DNA of 32,000 bases from Thermodesulfobacteriota bacterium (GTDB lineage: Bacteria; Desulfobacterota; WTBG01; JAGOGO01), in contig CP113000.1 in NCBI GenBank assembly GCA_026625185.1, forward strand, positions 675,622 through 707,621, given 5' to 3'. The translations under genes and the position numbers were made by a program. The notes beneath the pieces were generated by a model. That model was not told the origin of the DNA, searched no databases, and saw nothing but the letters and a program-made list of their open reading frames with translations. Below are positions 17,965 to 25,402 of this stretch, one piece after another (position 1 is the first letter of the stretch; every line of letters begins with the position of its first letter).

Positions 17965-19020
17965 ATGGTTATTAAAGATTTACATAAAAAAATGAAAGAA
18001 TTTCCAAAGGTTGACCTTCACCGTCATCTCGAAGGAAGCATACGGGTGGAGAGTTTTTTGGATATTGCTCGAAAAGAAAAAGTAAAACTCCCAACGTATG
18101 ACCTGGAAGCATTCCGCCGGTTAGTCCAAGTCAATGATGAACCACCTGACTTTATTAATTTTTTAAATAAATTTAAAGTGGCGAGGGGGTTTTATCCTAA
18201 TCGGAATTCCATTGAGCGGGTAGCTTATGAAGCGGTTGAAGATGCGGCGCGCGACAATGTTAAATATTTGGAACTTCGTTACAGCCCAACCCACTTTGCC
18301 AGCGTCCAGCGTTTCCCGGAAGAAGAGGTCATCAGATGGGTCCAGGGAGCATTTGAAAGGGCGATGGGGAATTATGACATCGAAGTAATCCCGGTATTAA
18401 CGATAAGCCGCAATTATGGAATTGAATTAGCTGAACATACGGTAAACATTGCGGTCAAACTTGCAGGAAAATATTTTTTCGGGCTGGATTTAGCCGGAGA
18501 TGAAATTAATTATCCTGCCAAGCCTATGGCGCCCCTTTTTCGAAGGGCTCAAGACGCCGGCATGGGGCTTACCCTTCATGCGGGAGAAGCGGGCGGGCCT
18601 GAAAATATTATAGAAGCGGTGGAAAAATTTGGATGCGATCGGATTGGTCACGGGGTTCAGGCGGCGAAGAGCGAACAAGCAATGACGATTCTCAAAAAAA
18701 CCCAGACCTTGCTTGAGATGTGTCCAACGAGCAACATTCATACCGGGGTAGTGAGATCGTTGAAGGCGCATCCTTTAAAGATGTTTTATGAGCGGGGGCT
18801 CTCAGTGAGCTTAAACACAGATGACCCCATGGTCTCCAATATTACGTTAACTGATGAATATGTGAATGCGGTGACTAAGATGGGGTTTAATGAGGATGAC
18901 CTTAAGAAACTCAATATCATGGCCATAGAACACTGCTTCCATCCTAATAAAGAAACGCTGAAAAAGAAGTTCGCAAAAATTTGGAACAAGGGAAAAGAAA
19001 TCAAAGCAACTCGGGTATGA
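17965..19020 (+). CDS. add: Adenosine deaminase
   Basis: 351 aa. The metal and catalytic motifs are DLHRHLEGS, LHAGE and SLNTDDP. The size is canonical for ADA. Confidence 0.9.
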   Translation: MVIKDLHKKMKEFPKVDLHRHLEGSIRVESFLDIARKEKVKLPTYDLEAFRRLVQVNDEPPDFINFLNKFKVARGFYPNRNSIERVAYEAVEDAARDNVKYLELRYSPTHFASVQRFPEEEVIRWVQGAFERAMGNYDIEVIPVLTISRNYGIELAEHTVNIAVKLAGKYFFGLDLAGDEINYPAKPMAPLFRRAQDAGMGLTLHAGEAGGPENIIEAVEKFGCDRIGHGVQAAKSEQAMTILKKTQTLLEMCPTSNIHTGVVRSLKAHPLKMFYERGLSVSLNTDDPMVSNITLTDEYVNAVTKMGFNEDDLKKLNIMAIEHCFHPNKETLKKKFAKIWNKGKEIKATRV

Positions 19021-19090
19021 ATCCCAATAAAATCACCTCAAAATCCAGTTCAAAAAGTCTGGAAAAAAGGGACGAAATAACAAGCAGGTC

Positions 19091-21685
19091 ATGTTAGAAA
19101 AAATTTTTCAAAAGTTGAAATTTCACAAGTCTAAGTCTTCGAGAGATACTTTCTCAGAAATCTTCCGGATTAAATATGAACACTTTCGTGAGCTACTCAA
19201 CGCGAATGCGGAACTCGCAAAAATTATTGCCGACATAGAAGAAAAGCTCCAGGGACATACAATTTTTGGCATGTCCTATGTTCGTTCCCAGGCAGTTCAG
19301 GCAGTCTTTTATACTCTCCGAATGGTAAAAAGTCTTAATGCTCTTGCAAACAATAAATACTTTCTCCTGGTAACTGTCCTTGAAGGGTTACATTCCAGCA
19401 TCAAAGAAGAGATCGAAAAAAGAAAGGAAAGTCCCATAGTCGCATTGACCCTTCCCTTTTCCGAGGTTAATCGCGAAATGGTAGACTGGGTTGGAGCTAA
19501 GAGCGCCAATCTGGGGGAGATGCTCAATCGGCTTCATCTCCCTATATCACCGGGATTCGCAATTACTACCAGGGCCTTTGACCTTTTTCTCCAAGAGAAT
19601 AATCTTATTGATGAGATTAATAAAAAAAAGATTGAGTTTGGCGGAGCGGCTCCAGAAACCATCAACATCCTCAGTAAAGAAATTCAGGATTTAATTATCT
19701 CAGCGCCTGTTCCCCCGGCATTAGGTGAGGCTATACTGGCGGCTTATGACCATATGATGGGAACCTTCCCAAGAGAGAGGCATGATGATCTTGTCTCTCG
19801 GGTTGCTTTAAGGAGTAGTGCGGTTGGAGAAGATAGCGAACTTTCCTTTGCCGGCCAATATGTATCTGTTCTCAATGTGTCCCGGGACAAAATTATTCAA
19901 ACCTATAAAGATATTGTAGCCGGTCTTTTTGCCCCACGTGCCATCTCATATCGCTTTAGCAAAGGAGTTCGGTTCCAGGATATTGCAATGGGTGTTGCTT
20001 GTCTTCAGATGGTAGAATCGGTAGCGAGCGGTGTCGTTTATTCCCGGCACCCCTTTAACCCTTTAGAAAATCATTTTATCATTACCGCACTGTGGGGATT
20101 AGGCCCTTATGCGGTTGAAGGGGTAATTACCCCTGACACTTATACTGTCGCCAAGGACAATGCTCATACCATCCTTCAAACCACGGTTGCCATCAAACCA
20201 CGCCAGTTGGTCAGCAATCCCGATGGTGGGCTTAAAGAAGTGCTTGTCTCGGGTGAAAAACAAGGCCATCCCTGTTTATCACCCGAACAAATTAAGATGT
20301 TGGCTGAATATGCTGGCAGGATAGAGAAACATTATGGCGCTCCTCAAGATATAGAGTGGGCACTCGACAAAAAGGAGAATATTTTTCTTCTTCAAACCCG
20401 GCCACTCCGTCTGTCACCGGGAGACCAGCAAAAAATGATAAAAAACATCCCCCAGCAAACCGAATACTCGCTTTTAGTGGAGAACGGGGCAGTTGCCTTT
20501 CCCGGAGTGGGATTTGGAAAGGCCTTTGTGCTCCACTCAGATGAAAACCTCAGCAATTTCCCGGAGGGCGGTATTTTAGTTGCCAAACATTCTTCCCCCG
20601 ACTTTGTAATAGTAATGCCGAAAGCAAAAGCCATTGTCACCGACACCGGGAGCGTAACCGGGCATATGGCTTCCCTAGTCCGGGAATTTGGGATACCGAC
20701 AATATTAGACGCTAAAAATGCCACCCGTACTATTACATCAGGATTAGAAATAACCGTTGATGCTTACTCAGGACGGGTATATCAGGGGAAAGTTCCCGAA
20801 CTTTTAAACCTCCAGATAAACAAAGAACCTTTTTTCAAGGATGCGCCGGTCTATCAGGCCTTAAAACGAGTAGGGGACTTTATTGTTCCCTTACGTCTTT
20901 TTGATCCTAAAGCTCCGGAGTTTTCTCCCGAGCATTGTAAATCTCTTCATGACATCATGAGGCTCGTTCATGAATTTTCTTATGCTGAGATGTTTCAAAT
21001 CAGTGACTTGGTTTCGGATGTGAAAGGAGGCGCCCTGAAGTTAGATGCTCCGCTTCCGCTGGACTTCTATATTATCGATTTAGGCGAAGGGTTGACTGGG
21101 CTAAGCGAAAATACCAAAAAAGTAACTGTCGATAAAATTGTTTCGGTTCCTTTTCGGGCGCTCCTTCAAGGAATGCTACATGAAGATTTACGTTTTCAAG
21201 GACCACGGCCGATTGAATTAAAAGGCTTCTTTTCGGTCATGAGTGAGCAGATGTTTTCTAACCCGCAGGCTGCCGAAAGATTCGGTGAACGGACCTATGC
21301 AATTATCTCCGATAAATATCTCAATTTCAGCTCTCGAGTCGGATACCATTATGGTATTTTAGACGCCTATTGTGGTAAGAGCATCAACAAAAATTACATC
21401 ACTTTTTCTTTTAAAGGTGGAGCGGCTGATGATGTGCGGAGGAATCGGCGCGCCCGTATGATCGCCTTTATTCTGAAGGCGCTTGATTTTTCTGTTGAAG
21501 TAATAGCGGATCGGGTTGATGCCCGACTCAAAAAATATGAATCTTCGGTGATTGAAGAAAAATTAGACTTGCTTGGTCGGTTGCTTCAGTTTACCCGACA
21601 GATGGATATGCTGATGGATAGTGAAGCCAGCGTGGAAACCATCGCAAAAAAATTTTTAGAGGGGAAATACGATCTGGAATTTTAA
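19091..21685 (+). CDS. PEP/pyruvate-binding (ATP-grasp) plus phosphohistidine swivel domain enzyme with an uncharacterised C-terminal region
   Basis: 864 aa. A PPDK_N-like region begins at VGAKSANLGEM. The swivel domain contains TDTGSVTGHMASLVREFGIPT (catalytic His). The last ~300 aa do not resemble the PpsA/PPDK TIM-barrel PEP-binding domain. Confidence 0.75.
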   Translation: MLEKIFQKLKFHKSKSSRDTFSEIFRIKYEHFRELLNANAELAKIIADIEEKLQGHTIFGMSYVRSQAVQAVFYTLRMVKSLNALANNKYFLLVTVLEGLHSSIKEEIEKRKESPIVALTLPFSEVNREMVDWVGAKSANLGEMLNRLHLPISPGFAITTRAFDLFLQENNLIDEINKKKIEFGGAAPETINILSKEIQDLIISAPVPPALGEAILAAYDHMMGTFPRERHDDLVSRVALRSSAVGEDSELSFAGQYVSVLNVSRDKIIQTYKDIVAGLFAPRAISYRFSKGVRFQDIAMGVACLQMVESVASGVVYSRHPFNPLENHFIITALWGLGPYAVEGVITPDTYTVAKDNAHTILQTTVAIKPRQLVSNPDGGLKEVLVSGEKQGHPCLSPEQIKMLAEYAGRIEKHYGAPQDIEWALDKKENIFLLQTRPLRLSPGDQQKMIKNIPQQTEYSLLVENGAVAFPGVGFGKAFVLHSDENLSNFPEGGILVAKHSSPDFVIVMPKAKAIVTDTGSVTGHMASLVREFGIPTILDAKNATRTITSGLEITVDAYSGRVYQGKVPELLNLQINKEPFFKDAPVYQALKRVGDFIVPLRLFDPKAPEFSPEHCKSLHDIMRLVHEFSYAEMFQISDLVSDVKGGALKLDAPLPLDFYIIDLGEGLTGLSENTKKVTVDKIVSVPFRALLQGMLHEDLRFQGPRPIELKGFFSVMSEQMFSNPQAAERFGERTYAIISDKYLNFSSRVGYHYGILDAYCGKSINKNYITFSFKGGAADDVRRNRRARMIAFILKALDFSVEVIADRVDARLKKYESSVIEEKLDLLGRLLQFTRQMDMLMDSEASVETIAKKFLEGKYDLEF

Positions 21686-21690
21686 CTTGA

Positions 21691-21720
21691 TGAGACCCTG
21701 TAGCTTTCTACAGGGTCTCA
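21691..21720 (+). terminator. Terminator-like hairpin after the PEP-utilising enzyme gene
   Basis: tgagaccctgtag-cttt-ctacagggtctca forms a 13-bp perfect stem starting 6 nt after the stop codon. The trailing ttgtgt is only weakly U-rich. Confidence 0.5.
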
Positions 21721-21785
21721 TTGTGTCATTCTCTGGCTTGACTCCCGTATCAAGTACGGGACAGGCTCCGAATCCAGTTTCTTTG

Positions 21786-21876
21786 TTTCTGGATTCCCCG
21801 ATCAAGTCGGGGAATGACGATGTACTTTGTATAATTTTTGGGATACCCCGCAGCTTGCTGCGGGGAGGGTCATTAT
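21786..21876. repeat. Compound stem-loop repeat, left copy
   Basis: tttctggattccccgatcaagtcggggaatgac ... gataccccgcagcttgctgcgggg..tcattat aligns in the same orientation with 22698-22779. A related hairpin lies at 21743-21761 (tcccgtatcaagtacggga). Confidence 0.75.
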
Positions 21877-21912
21877 ATTTTCCCTGACTCTATCTTCTGT
21901 CTCCTGACCCCA

Positions 21913-22527
21913 TTACTTTTTAAAGATATCCGTCTGGCTGATGTTCATAAACCGCAGAGCCTTGCCTTCCTGCTTATAGTAGATCCGAACTTCATCCCCC
22001 GCGTCCCAGGTATAATCCGGACGTTTAAAGTACTCCTCGGGAAGGCTAAGGGTAACCAGAATTTTTTGTCTCTTAGAGTAGATCGTAATAGTTTTTTTGT
22101 CTCGGTCTACGACAGGAAATTTTTTGGGTTGCTTTTTCTCTTTGTCAAAAACCAGCGAATTTTCTTTTTCCACATTTTCCTTTTGATCGATGAGGGTGTA
22201 AGTGATAATGTTAAAATTTTGCGCACTTGGGTCAAAAATAGTTATTTGCCGGTTCTGAGTGTCAAGCTTCATCCGAAGTCCAGGCTTAGGTTCCGGACCC
22301 ATTTCAGCCGGTTTCTTGGGGATCTCATAAATTACCGGGGGTAAGTGGCTATAGTCAGGATTCTTGGGGTCAGGGCTTGTATCCCGGATAAGGGTACAAA
22401 GCCCTTTTTCTTTATCATAGGCTACTACTCTTCCCTGGTCTACTTTTCCAAACTCCTTACAGCCAATAATCACTGTTAGAAATAAAATGAGTCCTAATGG
22501 CATAAACCAACAAACTTTTTTCATCAT
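21913..22527 (-). CDS. Lipoprotein of unknown function
   Basis: 204 aa. The signal peptide has the lipobox LTVIIGC. The mature part is Lys/Asp-rich. Family not confidently recognised. Confidence 0.65.
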   Translation of the reverse strand: MMKKVCWFMPLGLILFLTVIIGCKEFGKVDQGRVVAYDKEKGLCTLIRDTSPDPKNPDYSHLPPVIYEIPKKPAEMGPEPKPGLRMKLDTQNRQITIFDPSAQNFNIITYTLIDQKENVEKENSLVFDKEKKQPKKFPVVDRDKKTITIYSKRQKILVTLSLPEEYFKRPDYTWDAGDEVRIYYKQEGKALRFMNISQTDIFKK

Positions 22528-22697
22528 GTGTTTCTCCCCCTGAGAAGTTTCATTTATTTTTTTTAATACCCCGTCCGTTTGCCACGGGGTGAGACGCGGT
22601 GTTAATAGCTGTGGATGTCATTCCCGTGAAAACGGGAATCCAGAGGGTGGGTATCAGGGACGACTAATAAAAAAAGTGCTTAGTCGCTTTACCTTAG

Positions 22698-22779
22698 TTT
22701 CTGGATTCCGCATCAAGTGCGGAATGACAGAATTTAAATTCTTTGATACCCCGCTGCTTGCGGCGGGGTAGTTCATTAT
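22698..22779. repeat. Compound stem-loop repeat, right copy
   Basis: The sequence is tttctggattccgcatcaagtgcggaatgac ... gataccccgctgcttgcggcgggg..tcattat. Extra hairpins lie at ~22568-22590 (ccccgtccgtttgccacgggg) and ~22617-22645 (gtcattcccgtgaaaacgggaatccag). Confidence 0.75.
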
Positions 22780-22798
22780 CAAATTTGCCGACCAAGCG

Positions 22799-23857
22799 TT
22801 ATAGTGCAGCGGCTTTTTTGGCAGCGATCTCCTTTCTTGCGCCGGCGAGCATTTTGAGAAAAATGTAGAGGGACAAAACACTCACCACCCCCAAAACCGT
22901 GACGGTGGCGGTGGCATCGCACAATCCTTTTATGGTGGGGAAATAGGTCGGAAGGAGCTTAAGGACAATAGAGACCGCACAGCCGATGACCGCGCAACCG
23001 AAAGCGACACGGATACCATAGCCTTTGATATATTTCGTAGCCACCGTACCGATCTGTGCGCCTATCGCTGCTCCCACCAGCATGACGAGAGCCGCCAAAA
23101 GTTCGGTGCGGCCTTTGAAGGTATAAGTAGCTGCTCCATAGAGACCGGAGATCATGACTTCAAAAAGGTCGGTCCCCACGGCGATATAGGTTGGGCAGCC
23201 GATAATATAAATAAGAGCCGGCATACGGATGAGTCCGCCGCCGATACCGAGTATCCCCGCCAACCACCCGGTAAGGAAACTCACCATGATCGGCAGCCAG
23301 GCTGAACAATATATCCCGGCAGTTTTTAAATGGATCATGGGAGGGATTTTGATCTTTTGAAAGGTTTTATGCCATTCAATGCCGGTGGCAAGCTTATCTA
23401 TTTCTCTCCCTGCTGCTTTCGCCTCTTTCTCTTTTTTTCTTTTTATATACACGTCGCTGAAAACCATCCAGGCAATAAACGCCAAAAGCACCAAATAGAG
23501 ATAGCGTACGATGATTTCAACCCTTCCCAGGCGTTCAAACCACATGATCATCTGAGCGCCGGCTTCAAACCCCACGATGGTGCCAACCAGCATGATAAAG
23601 CCAAGCTTGTAGTCAACATTCCCAAATCTCCCGTGCCGCATGGTGGAGATGAGGGACTTTCCCGCCATATGAGCGATATCAGTTCCGATAGCAAAAGCCA
23701 TAGGGAAGCCGAGAATATTAAGCCCGGGCGTTACCATCCAGGCGCCCCCCATACCGAAAAAGCCGCCGATAATACCAACGCCGATACCGAGAACAATTAA
23801 GCCGGGCCAAAATATCGTGACCCCCGAGATCGGCATAAGAATATATAACCATTCCAT
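22799..23857 (-). CDS. TSUP (TauE/SafE, DUF81) family membrane transporter, paralogue A (long form)
   Basis: 352-aa polytopic protein with two homologous halves. GGFFGMGGAWMVTP...GTDIAH and GILGIGGGLIRMP...AVGTDLFE are present, as is HGRFGNVDYKLG. The charged central loop contains IPPMIHLK. Confidence 0.85.
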   Translation of the reverse strand: MEWLYILMPISGVTIFWPGLIVLGIGVGIIGGFFGMGGAWMVTPGLNILGFPMAFAIGTDIAHMAGKSLISTMRHGRFGNVDYKLGFIMLVGTIVGFEAGAQMIMWFERLGRVEIIVRYLYLVLLAFIAWMVFSDVYIKRKKEKEAKAAGREIDKLATGIEWHKTFQKIKIPPMIHLKTAGIYCSAWLPIMVSFLTGWLAGILGIGGGLIRMPALIYIIGCPTYIAVGTDLFEVMISGLYGAATYTFKGRTELLAALVMLVGAAIGAQIGTVATKYIKGYGIRVAFGCAVIGCAVSIVLKLLPTYFPTIKGLCDATATVTVLGVVSVLSLYIFLKMLAGARKEIAAKKAAAL

Positions 23858-23897
23858 AAACTACCTCCTCATCCACTATTAACAATATTAGTGCAAA

Positions 23898-24197
23898 TTA
23901 ATGCTCTGCCAGTTCCCTTGACGAAAGGTCAATGCCAATTTTTTTCATAACCACATCGGCAATTAATCCAAAAATGACGCCGATGATGGGGATAATAAGT
24001 ATGGTCAGCAGCGCAAAATAAAGATGACTTTCATTATAAAGGTTGGCCCACCAAGCCATTAAACCGGTAATATGGCGGGTATCAGCAACGATAACGATAG
24101 GAGCTTCTTTCCCTCCACCGGCTGCCGAAGCAATGTGAGGCGCAAGGAAGAAGGCCAGAATCACTAAATTTATCATTTTTCCTAAGAGTTTTTTCAT
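23898..24197 (-). CDS. Small signal-anchored membrane protein (partner of TSUP-A)
   Basis: 99 aa. The signal peptide is MKKLLGKMINLVILAFFLAPHIASA. The C-terminal TM helix is ALLTILIIPIIGVIFGLIADVV. SD agggagg lies upstream. It sits 40 nt upstream of TSUP-A and ends ...LAEH. Confidence 0.7.
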   Translation of the reverse strand: MKKLLGKMINLVILAFFLAPHIASAAGGGKEAPIVIVADTRHITGLMAWWANLYNESHLYFALLTILIIPIIGVIFGLIADVVMKKIGIDLSSRELAEH

Positions 24198-24247
24198 TTT
24201 TACAGCCTCCCTTTTTGTTGTGAAGGGTGATTTATCTTACTTTGGAG

Positions 24248-24652
24248 TTAGGCTTTTAAATTCCTTTTTTCTCGAGCCATCTTTTTTTCATGGGCTTCCT
24301 CGATTTTTCCCAGGAGCTCATCAAGCGGACAAGGTTTTAAAACATAATCATATCCACCCAGTTTTGTTATTTCTACTGCTGCATCAACGGAAGCATGTCC
24401 GGTAAGGATAATAACATCAAGCAACGGATTGATTTTTTTTATCTCAGCCAAAGCCTCAATGCCGTTCATTTCCGGCATTTTGATGTCCAGGAGGATCACA
24501 TCATAGGATGTTTTTTTTATCTCGTCGAGCGCTTCTCTGCCGGTTCCCACGGCAGTAGTATCAAAGCCTCTTACTTTGAGTCTTGCGGTCAAGGCAGTCC
24601 GAAATGCCTCTTCATCGTCAACAACAAGTATTCGTGACAGCGTAGACATCAT
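24248..24652 (-). CDS. Stand-alone response-regulator receiver protein (RR2)
   Basis: REC motifs are ILVVDDEE, ILLDIKMPEMNG, ILTGHAS and LKPC. No output domain follows. The start is set at ATG 24652 after AAGGATG; the track ORF starts at TTG 24664. Confidence 0.88.
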   Translation of the reverse strand: MMSTLSRILVVDDEEAFRTALTARLKVRGFDTTAVGTGREALDEIKKTSYDVILLDIKMPEMNGIEALAEIKKINPLLDVIILTGHASVDAAVEITKLGGYDYVLKPCPLDELLGKIEEAHEKKMAREKRNLKA

Positions 24653-24695
24653 CACATCCTTCAATACCTTGATTGCAAAAAATAATTAACTACCT

Positions 24696-24764
24696 ATCTC
24701 TTCCATTGTTGGCGAATCTAACTGCAATGAATATGCCAGATAACGATCTCTTCCATAACTGGCG
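24696..24764 (-). promoter_or_regulatory. Two 19-bp direct repeats exactly 50 bp apart that bracket the sigma-54 core promoter
   Basis: The + strand reads atctcttccatTGTtggcg (24696-24714) and atctcttccatAACtggcg (24746-24764), with 16 of 19 positions identical including an 11-nt exact core. Confidence 0.5.
24723..24738 (-). promoter_or_regulatory. Sigma-54 (-24/-12) promoter match upstream of RR2, the small membrane protein and TSUP-A
   Basis: The minus strand reads cTGGCAT-attca-TTGCAg with the exact consensus spacing. It lies in the 190-bp gap between RR1 and RR2, about 70 nt upstream of the RR2 start. Confidence 0.6.
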
Positions 24765-24851
24765 CGATAAAGGATGATTACACATCTATATGACATACCT
24801 TTAATTGGCAAAAAATGATAAATATCATTTTTGATGATAATTTTTATCAAC

Positions 24852-25385
24852 TTAATAACAATTTTTCTCATTAAAAAAGTTTGAAGGGTTCTGTTTTGTC
24901 CGGCGAAGTGTGTCAAATTTTTTTAGATTTTGTAAGGTTTTTAGCGAAGAATCGGTTGCCATTTGGGAAAGTATTTTTCTCATTTCTTCATCTTTATACC
25001 CGTATTTATTCTGGATTCTTTTCTGATAAGCCTCTTCAAGCACCTGAAGAAGCATCTCCAATTCACAAGGTTTTTGAAGATAGTAGTAGGCACCTAACTT
25101 AGTGGTGCGGACGGCAGAATCAATGGACCCATGACCAGTCAAAATAATTACCTCTAAAAATTTATGCTCCTTCTTCAAGACTTCTAATACTTGTTCTCCA
25201 CCCATGCCAGGCATTTTTAAGTCAACCAAAGCGATCTCGAATTCATTTTTTCGCGCGGCTTCGATAGCTTCTTCTCCACTGCTCACGGGAGTAACCTCAA
25301 AATTTCTCAGTTCGAGACGTTTGCAGATTGTTTCAAGGAATTGTCTTTCATCATCAACCAGTAATAGGCTAATTTTTTCTCCCAT
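24852..25385 (-). CDS. Response-regulator receiver protein with a short non-DNA-binding tail (RR1)
   Basis: REC motifs are LLLVDDER, ALVDLKMPGMGG, ILTGHGS and LQKPC. The ~55-aa C-terminal tail has no recognisable HTH or AAA+ domain. SD agaggag lies upstream. It starts 17 nt after the kinase stop. Confidence 0.88.
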   Translation of the reverse strand: MGEKISLLLVDDERQFLETICKRLELRNFEVTPVSSGEEAIEAARKNEFEIALVDLKMPGMGGEQVLEVLKKEHKFLEVIILTGHGSIDSAVRTTKLGAYYYLQKPCELEMLLQVLEEAYQKRIQNKYGYKDEEMRKILSQMATDSSLKTLQNLKKFDTLRRTKQNPSNFFNEKNCY

Positions 25386-25402
25386 GAAACTCCTCTTTAT
25401 AT

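Noticed and set aside
17965-19020. Adenosine deaminase considered as part of a RADAR-like anti-phage system
   Set aside because: The protein has the size and motifs of a housekeeping Add. No large RdrA-like ATPase is adjacent, and the neighbouring gene is a PEP-utilising enzyme instead.
21838-22344. 168-aa + strand ORF, plus similar antisense ORFs at 23330-23800, 26771-27220 and 27330-27740
   Set aside because: Each lies antisense to a well-supported gene (lipoprotein, TSUP-A, kinase, kinase-like/BON protein). Their translations are compositionally odd. Part of 21838-22344 is simply translated stem-loop repeat.
24686-24916. 76-aa minus-strand ORF spanning the RR1-RR2 gap
   Set aside because: It overlaps the RR1 3' end out of frame. 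It runs through the sigma-54 promoter and direct-repeat region and has no SD sequence. The regulatory interpretation explains the region better.
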